A DNA stretch of 64,000 nucleotides. It comes from Pseudomonadota bacterium (GTDB taxonomy: Bacteria; Pseudomonadota; Alphaproteobacteria; Rickettsiales; UBA1997). Below the pieces are notes generated by a model that had not been told where the DNA came from, did not search any database, and saw only the letters and a program-made list of their open reading frames with translations. This document shows, piece by piece, positions 56,711 to 64,000 of this stretch (the stretch's first letter is position 1; each line of letters opens with the position of its first letter). Both the position numbers and the translations under genes were made by a program. Where the stretch lies: positions 20,497 through 84,496 of the forward strand of contig JAGWWH010000003.1 of the NCBI GenBank assembly GCA_018970485.1, in the 5' to 3' direction.

Positions 56711-56720
56711 AAAGCTCAAA

Positions 56721-57806
56721 TTAGCTAAATTTTTTCACAATTTCTGCAACGGTGTCGGAGAGTTTTTTTCCAACTTTTTTCGACTGGTAATTTTGTAGAA
56801 ATTTTTGGTGCGCATTCGCTGCAAGTTTGGCGGCGAAATCTTCGTCTTTTACTAAGCGCTCAATCGCGTTGGCAAGCAATTCTGGCATTTTTTCTGCTTC
56901 GTCTTTTGAGGCTTTTAATCCCGTAATTCCTTCTTCAATTACCTCGTCTGGGCCCCAGCTGTTGCTGGTTACAATCGGTGTGTTGTGCAGCATTGCTTCG
57001 AGCAAAACGATTCCGAAAGTTTCGCCGTAGGAAGGTAAAACAAAAATGTCGATTCCGTCGAAAAAAGTTTTTTTCTCTGAGGTCCAACCAAGAATTTTGA
57101 ATTTTTTTTCAACACCAAGTTCGCGCGCTAAATTGTTCAATTTCTCTTCTTCTGGCCCAACGCCACCAATTACGTATTCACATTCAATCCCGCGCGTGCG
57201 TAGAATTGGCAAGGTGCGCACCATTTTGTCGAAATTTTTTTCAAAGTAGAGACGACCCAAAGATCCAATTTTTAGTGGGCGACGAAATTTCGGTTTTACC
57301 GGTGCAACAAATCCGTCCGGAAGGTCAATCATGTTGGGCATTACGAAGGCGCAATCCGCGGGCTTGCCGGCTTTAATCAACTCTTTGCTGAAGTAAGAAT
57401 TTACCGTAAAAACGGCGTCAGCTTTGAGGAATTTTTTTGGATTAATTCCGTGGTCGACAGCAATTACAGGAAATTTTCGGAAGGAAAAAAGTCGCGCTAC
57501 GCGCACGAAATACATTGCTTTGCCCGAATGGCACAAAACCGCGTCAGGCCTGAAGCAAGCGAAGAAAAATGCGAGACGTAAAATTGAGTAAATGTCGACG
57601 CGATTCCAACCTGGCAATTCCAGTAATTTCGAACCAACCGCCCTCACCGAATCGGCGTAAACCATTTTCGAATTAGTCACCGAAACCACCTCGTGACCGT
57701 TGAGAATCAAGTGTTTGGCGTAATCAATGAAGCAACGCTCAACGCCGAGAATCTTGTTGTCGCTAGTTGCTTTTTTGTAGTTGAAGAGAGTGTTGACGAT
57801 TTTCAT
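56721..57806 (-). CDS. glycosyltransferase family 4 (GT-B, Glycos_transf_1)
   Basis: C-terminal pattern FVLPSYGETFGIVLLEAM...P(I/V)V and 361 aa. Confidence 0.85.
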   Translation of the reverse strand: MKIVNTLFNYKKATSDNKILGVERCFIDYAKHLILNGHEVVSVTNSKMVYADSVRAVGSKLLELPGWNRVDIYSILRLAFFFACFRPDAVLCHSGKAMYFVRVARLFSFRKFPVIAVDHGINPKKFLKADAVFTVNSYFSKELIKAGKPADCAFVMPNMIDLPDGFVAPVKPKFRRPLKIGSLGRLYFEKNFDKMVRTLPILRTRGIECEYVIGGVGPEEEKLNNLARELGVEKKFKILGWTSEKKTFFDGIDIFVLPSYGETFGIVLLEAMLHNTPIVTSNSWGPDEVIEEGITGLKASKDEAEKMPELLANAIERLVKDEDFAAKLAANAHQKFLQNYQSKKVGKKLSDTVAEIVKKFS

Positions 57807-57810
57807 TTTG

Positions 57811-57908
57811 CGCTTGGTGCTTCGATTTTGTACTTAGTGATTCGTGCTTAGTGCTTTGTTTAATTGCGGCTAAACCCACCAAGCACTAGGCACGACGCAC
57901 CAAGCACA
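57811..57908. repeat. AGCAC-rich palindromic element, family D
   Basis: Left arm GCGCTTGGTGCTTCG...GTGCTTAGTGCTTTG and right arm CACCAAGCACTAGGCACGACGCACCAAGCACAAA. Confidence 0.7.
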
Positions 57909-57910
57909 AA

Positions 57911-59290
57911 TTATTTAATTTGATTGGGAACATTCTTGCGGTAGCGGTCAATTTCAGCTTTTGCGGCTTGGAAAGATTTTAATTCTTTACCGGCAAGACG
58001 AACTCCTGAGGTCGCTTTTACTTTTGCCGGATTGATTTGTGTACCTTTGTAAAGCACTTCAAAGTGAAGGTGGGGACCGGTTGAGCGACCTGTTGTGCCG
58101 ACGTAAGCAACAACGTCACCCTGTTTAACTCTTGAACCAACACGAAATTTTTTGTTGAATCGACTCGCGTGGCCGTAGGCGGTGGAGTATTCGGAGTTGT
58201 GACGAATTTGTGTGTAATTTCCGTAACCACCTTTCACTCCGTAGTAGGTAATTACACCGTCACCTGCAGCGAAAATCGGTGTGCCTGTAGAGGCGGCGAA
58301 GTCAGTTCCTTTGTGCATTTTTGAGTAACCAAGAACTGGGTGACGACGCATTCCAAAACCCGACGAGATTCGTGCGCCGTTAATTGGGGTGCGAAGTAAA
58401 GATTTGCGCACGGAATTTCCTTTGCCGTCAAAATATTCGATTCGTCCTGCAACTTTGTGTGAGTAGATCTCGATTGGGTTATTTTTCAGAACTAGTGAGG
58501 AGTAAATTACGTTGCCGTCTTTGATTTTTTTTCCTTCTTCGTCGTAAAAACTCTCGACTAACATTTCAAATTTGTCGCCGTCTTGAATGTCACGCTGGAA
58601 GTCAACGTCGTAGCCGTAGAGCTGGATCATCTGCATCATTGTGTTGGGAGAAATCCCAGATTTAACCCCGTCTTCGAACAAGCTGTTTTTAATTACGCCA
58701 AAATATTTGGAGACGTGACGCGCCAATTTAATTGTGATTTTTTTAGCAGAATAATTGCCATTTTTGTCGCGCGAAATTTTTACTCTTTCTTCAGCGGAGG
58801 GTGAGATGGTAATGCTATTTACAACGGCATTACGCTTAACTGTTTTACTCTCGCCGTAACCAATTTTGACTCGGTATTTTACCGTAATTTCGTCACCAGC
58901 AGTAATTTTATTTGCTGCAAAAATATTCTTCATTGCAGCAAGAATCGCGGAGACATCTTGCTCGCTTGCACCAATTTCAGAAAGGATTTCTGACATTGTT
59001 TCGCCTGACTTAATGTGGTGCTCTGCCACTTGGTCTTCAGACAAATCAAACTTACTTTCCAGATTAGAGAGATTGATCTTGATCGTAGTGTTGTGAATTT
59101 TTCTTTCTCGTGCTTCTCGGTAGTCAGCGACAGAACTTTCCAAATATTGAAAACCGTTAAACAGCAAGAAGCTGGTCAGAATTGAGACTGAGACTGGCTT
59201 GAACAGTCTGTGCTCAATTGCCCTGTCAACTCGTTTAGCAATTTTTTGCCAATCGAATTTTTGTGATCTTTTCTTAGGAGTCTTTTTCAA
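57911..59290 (-). CDS. M23 family metallopeptidase (MepM/NlpD-like) with LysM/OapA-like segment
   Basis: HKGTDFAA...GYGNYTQIRH...GTTGRSTGPHLHFEV. Confidence 0.85.
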   Translation of the reverse strand: MKKTPKKRSQKFDWQKIAKRVDRAIEHRLFKPVSVSILTSFLLFNGFQYLESSVADYREARERKIHNTTIKINLSNLESKFDLSEDQVAEHHIKSGETMSEILSEIGASEQDVSAILAAMKNIFAANKITAGDEITVKYRVKIGYGESKTVKRNAVVNSITISPSAEERVKISRDKNGNYSAKKITIKLARHVSKYFGVIKNSLFEDGVKSGISPNTMMQMIQLYGYDVDFQRDIQDGDKFEMLVESFYDEEGKKIKDGNVIYSSLVLKNNPIEIYSHKVAGRIEYFDGKGNSVRKSLLRTPINGARISSGFGMRRHPVLGYSKMHKGTDFAASTGTPIFAAGDGVITYYGVKGGYGNYTQIRHNSEYSTAYGHASRFNKKFRVGSRVKQGDVVAYVGTTGRSTGPHLHFEVLYKGTQINPAKVKATSGVRLAGKELKSFQAAKAEIDRYRKNVPNQIK

Positions 59291-59360
59291 AAAACTTGGA
59301 TTGATTGGAGAGGAAGGCCAATTTAAAATGACAGGATCTTAAAAATCTTTTTACAGGAAC

Positions 59361-60488
59361 ATGCCTACAAAAAAAAATAAAAAAGTTTCTCCCCTGAAAA
59401 AAAACTTAAAAAAAATTCCGGCAAAAAAATTAACAGCAAAAAAATCGACACCAAAGAAATCGACAAAAAAAGTCTTGGTAAAAAAAATTCCGGAAAAAAA
59501 AGTTTTAACAAAAAAACCAGCACCAAAGCTGGTTAAGAAGATCAAAGCTCTAAAGCCAGCTCCAAAAAATAAGGAAATAAAAAAAGTAATTCCGAAAAAA
59601 ATTCTAGGGAAAAAGCTGCAGGAAAAAGTAGAAAAAAAAGCAGGAAAAAAAGTCGAAAAACATTCTTTAGCCAAAGCAATTTTGGCAAAGGGCTCGTCAA
59701 AAGAAAAAACATTCTTGGCCTCTAAAATAGAGAACGAAAACTCAGTAGAAAAAAAATTCGACTCGTCAAAAAAAACAATCTTAGTCAGAAAAAACGAAGA
59801 CTCCTCTAAGTTAAATTTCAAAGTCGGAGACTACGCAATTTATCCCTCACACGGAGTTGGCAAAATCTCGGGAATCGAGAAAACGATGATTTCAGATCAC
59901 AGCTTCAACTGCTACTTAATGACCTTCGAGCGCGAAAAATTAACGATTAAAATTCCGGCAATTAACGCTAAAAAAATCGGCTTACGTCACCCAATTTCAA
60001 AGCAGGAAATGGACGAGGTTTTTGTAATTCTGCGTAGTGGAATCAAAAAACTAAAAGGAATGTGGTCGCGTCGCGCACAAGAATACGAAACAAAAATCAA
60101 CTCTGGCGACATTATTTTACTCGCAGAGGTGATTCGTGATTTGACACGCGACATTGAAGATTCTGAAAGATCCTACTCAGAAAGAATCATTTACGAGACT
60201 GCAATTTACCGACTCGCCAGCGAATACGAGGCAATTCACAAAGTAAGCTTCGAGGAAGCAAAAGAAAAAATTGTCACAACCGCAAAAGACAAATTAACCG
60301 GCGAAACAAGATCTACTGCGAAAGATGATTTTGACGATTTTGACGATTTTGAAGGCGGAAAAAAATCTGGAGAAAGTGACGAAGAAGAAAATGAAGACGA
60401 GGAAGAAGAGGAAGAAGACGAGGACGACGACTTCAGTTTTGATGACGACGATGACGACGCACCAAAAAAGAGAAAAAAGAAGAAATAA
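59361..60488 (+). CDS. carD: CarD/CdnL family transcription factor with lysine-rich N-terminal extension and poly-acidic C-terminal tail
   Basis: Core FKVGDYAIYPSHGVGKISGIEK...YETKINSGD. About 150 aa of KK-rich sequence precede it. About 60 aa of D/E-rich sequence ending in KKRKKKK follow. Confidence 0.8.
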   Translation: MPTKKNKKVSPLKKNLKKIPAKKLTAKKSTPKKSTKKVLVKKIPEKKVLTKKPAPKLVKKIKALKPAPKNKEIKKVIPKKILGKKLQEKVEKKAGKKVEKHSLAKAILAKGSSKEKTFLASKIENENSVEKKFDSSKKTILVRKNEDSSKLNFKVGDYAIYPSHGVGKISGIEKTMISDHSFNCYLMTFEREKLTIKIPAINAKKIGLRHPISKQEMDEVFVILRSGIKKLKGMWSRRAQEYETKINSGDIILLAEVIRDLTRDIEDSERSYSERIIYETAIYRLASEYEAIHKVSFEEAKEKIVTTAKDKLTGETRSTAKDDFDDFDDFEGGKKSGESDEEENEDEEEEEEDEDDDFSFDDDDDDAPKKRKKKK

Positions 60489-60495
60489 ATTAACT

Positions 60496-60577
60496 AGTGC
60501 TTGGTGCATTGTGCTTAGTGTTTAGCGAGTTTTCTCGTTAACACCAAGCACAAGGCACTAAGCGCCAAGCACCAAGC
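60496..60577. repeat. AGCAC-rich palindromic element, family D
   Basis: CTAGTGCTTGGTGCATTGTGCTTAGTG ... CACCAAGCACAAGGCACTAAGCGCCAAGCACCAAGCA. It ends 1 nt before the lolD ATG. Confidence 0.75.
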
Positions 60578-60578
60578 A

Positions 60579-61229
60579 ATGACCTTAAAACTAATCAACG
60601 TTACCAAAAACTTCTTTCAAGCTGATCAAAAAATCACCGCAATTGGTGACGTAAATTTAGAAATAAAAAAAGGTGAATTGGTTGCTCTTACAGGACCTTC
60701 TGGATCAGGCAAAACAACTCTGTTACAAATCGCGGGATTACTTGATTCTCCAACTTCAGGAGAAGTTTGGATTGGGGGAATTGACGCTTCAAAAGCAGAC
60801 GACAAAACGCGCACAGAATTACGTAAAAATCACCTCGGTTTTGTTTACCAATTTCACCATTTGTTACCTGAATTTTCGGCAATTGAAAATGTCGCTTTAC
60901 CTTTGTTAATTCAGGGAAAAAGCCGCGAAGAATCTTTTCGGGAGGCAGAAAAAACTTTGCGAGAAGTTGATTTGGCGAATCGTTTAGATCACAAACCTGC
61001 GCAATTGTCAGGTGGTCAACAACAAAGAGTGGCGCTGGCTCGCGCCATTGTCGGCAAACCAAAATTAATTCTGGCTGACGAACCAACCGGCAATCTTGAC
61101 TCAGAATTATCAGAAAAAATTTTCACTCTATTTCGCGACTTAGTGAAAAATTATGAAATTGGATGTTTGGTGGTTACACACAATTTAGAGTTAGCAAAAA
61201 AAGCAGATCGAGTGGTGTCGTTGAAGTAG
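60579..61229 (+). CDS. lolD: lipoprotein-releasing system ATP-binding protein
   Basis: GPSGSGKTT, LSGGQQQRVALARA and the LolD-type FVYQFHHLLPEFSAIENV segment. Confidence 0.88.
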   Translation: MTLKLINVTKNFFQADQKITAIGDVNLEIKKGELVALTGPSGSGKTTLLQIAGLLDSPTSGEVWIGGIDASKADDKTRTELRKNHLGFVYQFHHLLPEFSAIENVALPLLIQGKSREESFREAEKTLREVDLANRLDHKPAQLSGGQQQRVALARAIVGKPKLILADEPTGNLDSELSEKIFTLFRDLVKNYEIGCLVVTHNLELAKKADRVVSLK

Positions 61230-61383
61230 AGAGAATCTAAATAAATCAGAAAGCGCTTGGAGGAAGGCAACACCACGAAAGAAAGGCAAGGCGCTAGAAG
61301 AAAGACAGCTACCGCGAAAAAAGAAACCAACCCGTAAAAGTTACGAAGAAGTTGTCGCGGAGCGCCAATGGCGCGTAGTGCAA

Positions 61384-61408
61384 CCTCCCCCTAAGGGGGA
61401 TGGGGGGT
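61384..61408. terminator. short GC hairpin between convergent lolD and lptD
   Basis: CCCCC-TAA-GGGGG. T-runs are weak. Confidence 0.35.
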
Positions 61409-61410
61409 GT

Positions 61411-63573
61411 TTAAATATTCTTAAACGTAATCAAAAAACTAAAAGATCGCTGTGGCTTGGTGAGATTGATCGGACTGTTTTCAATCACTGAAAAGCTAAA
61501 AATAGTGCAGCAACCATCTCGATAAAGCGTTATTCCGCGTGAGATCATGCGGTTGGTCACCAAATCTTTTGTGGCCATTATTTTACCTTTCCAAAGATCA
61601 CTCATTTTAACTGAAGAGGAGAAAGTAATTTGTTCGCGCTGCGTTGAATTTTGGGCGCTTTTTCGCAACAGCAAGTAGTCAGAAGAAAAAATTAAACGAT
61701 TCGTGTAGAAGTTGGCTCCCAGCTGATTGACGTCATTTTTAAAGTTAGATTCGTTAAGCTGAAAAGAGTAATTAAGAGAAAAATTCTTCTTCGCTCTGTA
61801 CATTGCCTGACCAATGTAGTTGGAAAAATTATTGTCGGAGAAGCCACGAATCGCAACGTCTTGTACCTGATCTTTAATTCGATAACTTTGTCCAAAAGTT
61901 AAACCAAATTCTCCGAGACTGTTAAACAAAGATGATTTTACACCGTAGCTGGTGCGCTGTCCTGCCTCATTGCGATCAAAACCGTAAATACGATCTGAAG
62001 TAAAAAGATTACTAACCGTAAGCTCTGAATTGTTACTGTCTTCGTTAGGTAATTTTGCCGAATCTTTTTTAAAAGAGCTCGCAACAAAACTAGCCATTGG
62101 CTCAATCATTACAGTGTTTTTCTCGGCTTTTTTAATCAAAGGTAAGCGCCAATTTGCCGAAATCTCAGGTTTGTAATTATTTTGCACAGATTGGTAGTAA
62201 TTGGTCTGCGGCGTATTTTTAAAATTATCTTCCAGCCAATAAAAATCGTTCTGCACTTTGGCGTTAAGATCGAATAAATTACCTTTAATGTTGAATGGCA
62301 ATTTTGCCTCTGGAACAGCTGTAGCACGACGATATTCAAGCCCGTCTTTACGGTAAATAGTGGTGACGTTTGAGGTCAGAGCAAAAGTTTCTTTCGAGAA
62401 AATTGGCTTGCTTTCAATGTGAGCATCAATCGTTGGAAACAAGAGTGGTGCAGCATTTTGATTGGTGGTATCTTCAAGCTCTTGAACTCGAATTGCTTTA
62501 ATCGAGTAGTAATCACGCCCTTTAATGTAATCGAATTTGGCAGTGGAGAGGGTGTAGGCCAAGTAGCTTAAATGGTAATCGCGCATGTAGTCGCGATCCG
62601 AAATCGTTTTAATGTTAAAATCAGCTCCAGCATTTTTTGTAAAATCAAATCTACCGTCACCAATCAAACTACCTCGATACTTGTCAGAAGTACGCTTAAC
62701 AACTGTAAGATCGTTAGTGTTAGTAACTTTGTTGTTAGCAACTTCGAGATTCATTCTGTAATCACCGTAAGATGTGAGGTGGCGAAAATTGTTAGTCACA
62801 ACAACTTGATTATTGGCGGAGTAAATCTGCGGAGTAATCGTCAGATCCATGTTTGGCGCAATGTTGACGTAGTAAGGTATTTTAAAACCAAGGCCAAAAT
62901 TCGTTGTGCGATTGTAGGAAGGATTCAAGAAGCCCGACTCTCTTTCTTTGCTGGGCAAAGCCACACTTGAGTAAGGAGTGTAAAAAATCGGCACATTGTA
63001 CAATCTAAAAAAACTGTGCTTGCTTCGCATTTTACCCTCTTTGCGGTCTACGGTAGTCTTACTTGATTTGATTGAGAGAAAATCAAAAACATCTCCCGCC
63101 AAGGTGTTGTCTTTGCTAATTTTTTCATTTGGACAAATTGAAAAAATTGAGTTGTGAAGCACTGTAGTATCTTGGTTCTCGCGCTCCATGCGCGAAGCGA
63201 AGAGGTAAGATCCGTCGTTAAAAAATATTCTGCTGTCGGTGAAGGTTCCCTTACTAAAATCATCCTGCATCTCTGCTTCTTTGGTAAGCATGTTACCGAT
63301 TTCAAAATTCTTGATTCGCACGTGACCAATGGCCCGAATCGTCTTACCGTTTTTGTTGTAAGTAACCTGATCAGCGTAAACGACAGAAGCCTCACGAGTT
63401 ATTTCAACGTTACCTGTAGCGGTTAGAATGTTAGTTATTCTGTCACCGTCGATTTCGTCAGCTTTTAAAATTGTTTGCGCATTCGGATCTGACTTCCCAC
63501 CACCCTTCGGCAAAGCAAAGGAGTTCGGGGAGAGGAAAATTAGGAGTAGGAAAAGTAGTGTTACTCTCTTCAT
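61411..63573 (-). CDS. lptD: LPS-assembly outer membrane protein LptD
   Basis: Signal peptide, OstA N-terminal domain (LKADEIDGD...TATGNVEI...YADQVTY) and a large beta-barrel, 720 aa. Confidence 0.9.
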   Translation of the reverse strand: MKRVTLLFLLLIFLSPNSFALPKGGGKSDPNAQTILKADEIDGDRITNILTATGNVEITREASVVYADQVTYNKNGKTIRAIGHVRIKNFEIGNMLTKEAEMQDDFSKGTFTDSRIFFNDGSYLFASRMERENQDTTVLHNSIFSICPNEKISKDNTLAGDVFDFLSIKSSKTTVDRKEGKMRSKHSFFRLYNVPIFYTPYSSVALPSKERESGFLNPSYNRTTNFGLGFKIPYYVNIAPNMDLTITPQIYSANNQVVVTNNFRHLTSYGDYRMNLEVANNKVTNTNDLTVVKRTSDKYRGSLIGDGRFDFTKNAGADFNIKTISDRDYMRDYHLSYLAYTLSTAKFDYIKGRDYYSIKAIRVQELEDTTNQNAAPLLFPTIDAHIESKPIFSKETFALTSNVTTIYRKDGLEYRRATAVPEAKLPFNIKGNLFDLNAKVQNDFYWLEDNFKNTPQTNYYQSVQNNYKPEISANWRLPLIKKAEKNTVMIEPMASFVASSFKKDSAKLPNEDSNNSELTVSNLFTSDRIYGFDRNEAGQRTSYGVKSSLFNSLGEFGLTFGQSYRIKDQVQDVAIRGFSDNNFSNYIGQAMYRAKKNFSLNYSFQLNESNFKNDVNQLGANFYTNRLIFSSDYLLLRKSAQNSTQREQITFSSSVKMSDLWKGKIMATKDLVTNRMISRGITLYRDGCCTIFSFSVIENSPINLTKPQRSFSFLITFKNI

Positions 63574-63602
63574 TAGTGCCTAGTGCCTCGCGCCTCGTGC
63601 TG
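63574..63602. repeat. family D-like AG(C/G)CAC repeats abutting the lptD start
   Basis: TTAGTGCCTAGTGCCTCGCGCCTCGTGCTGAG. Only a single arm is recognisable. Confidence 0.4.
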
Positions 63603-63629
63603 AGATTTGTAGCGGCGCGAATGCACAAA

Positions 63630-64000
63630 TTAAATCAAACTCAATTTTTTTGGCCTCTTCTTCTTGAGCCAAATCGCAATCATCATTCTTGTTAAAATGA
63701 TTGCAGAAAACATCGAAGACACGATCCCAATTGACAAAGTAACGGCGAAACCTTTCACCGGACCGTTACCAAAAAGATAAAGGAAAAAAGCAACAATTAG
63801 CGTGGTTAAATTTGAGTCAGTAATTGTGCGAAAAGCTTGGCTGAAACCCTGATCGACCGCTGCAAGCACAGTTTTTTTCTCGCGCAACTCTTCCTTAATT
63901 CTCTCAAAAATTAGCACGTTAGCGTCCACCGACATTCCCATTGTAAGCACAATTCCCGCTATTCCAGGCAGTGTTAATGTCGCACCGATTAAAGACAAAA
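63630..64000 (-). CDS. secD: protein translocase subunit SecD, 3' part (runs off window)
   Basis: [31 protein letters not shown]...[18 protein letters not shown] closely parallels the SecD C-terminus. Confidence 0.85.
   Translation of the reverse strand, partial: LSLIGATLTLPGIAGIVLTMGMSVDANVLIFERIKEELREKKTVLAAVDQGFSQAFRTITDSNLTTLIVAFFLYLFGNGPVKGFAVTLSIGIVSSMFSAIILTRMMIAIWLKKKRPKKLSLI

Noticed and set aside
56541-56798. 85-aa plus-strand ORF (MRGAKRRGNPFRRKE...)
   Set aside because: It is a translation across family B and A repeats plus the antisense strand of the glycosyltransferase 3' end.
59351-59821. 156-aa ORF on the strand opposite the carD-like gene
   Set aside because: It is the complement of the lysine (AAA/AAG)-rich region and gives a poly-Phe product. 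There is no independent support.
61225-61410. Purine-rich spacer after lolD that reads as a basic K/R-rich peptide (…RKATPRKKGKALEERQLPRKKKPTRKSYEE…)
   Set aside because: The frame has no ATG/GTG/TTG start after the upstream stop, and it runs into the convergent lptD coding region. It is probably non-coding with small hairpins.

Overview
AT-rich, tightly packed bacterial chromosome segment. Gene content looks alphaproteobacterial and resembles an intracellular Rickettsiales/Holosporales-type organism; this taxonomic call is inference from gene families and repeat types. About 55 genes are mostly housekeeping: proS, gpmI, lepB, ftsW, argH, holB, anmK, nadK, hemF, tyrS, murF-mraY, cimA, rarA, trxA, mltA, ychF, coq7, tatC, tsaD, dnaB, glmS, mrcA, lepA, hisS, lolD, lptD, secD. 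Many gene junctions overlap as TAATG or ATGA. Five things stand out. (1) A 1.5 kb non-coding stretch between glmS and dnaB holds a frameshifted KilA-N pseudogene and a 263-bp cargo-less element. Its multi-copy, asymmetric end repeats resemble Tn7/Mu-type transposon ends at an attTn7-like position. (2) At least four families of intergenic palindromic elements are present. Some resemble Rickettsia palindromic elements (RPE-like), and one AGCAC-rich family abuts start codons of envelope genes. (3) A DinJ/RelB-YafQ toxin-antitoxin pair is translationally coupled to tsaD-tatC. (4) Several proteins have unusual architectures: DUF1016_N fused to an SNase-like domain, CarD/CdnL with a lysine-rich N-terminal arm and poly-acidic tail, a mucin-like C-terminally anchored surface protein, and a secreted Cys-phosphatase. 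(5) An amidase-OMF-RND-PBP1A operon has no adaptor gene. No rRNA, tRNA or CRISPR was seen. CDS coordinates derive from the ORF track, with internal starts set by codon arithmetic. Hand-counted coordinates of non-ORF features may be off by 1-3 bp; my own count disagreed with the track by 1 nt around 35.1-35.3 kb.
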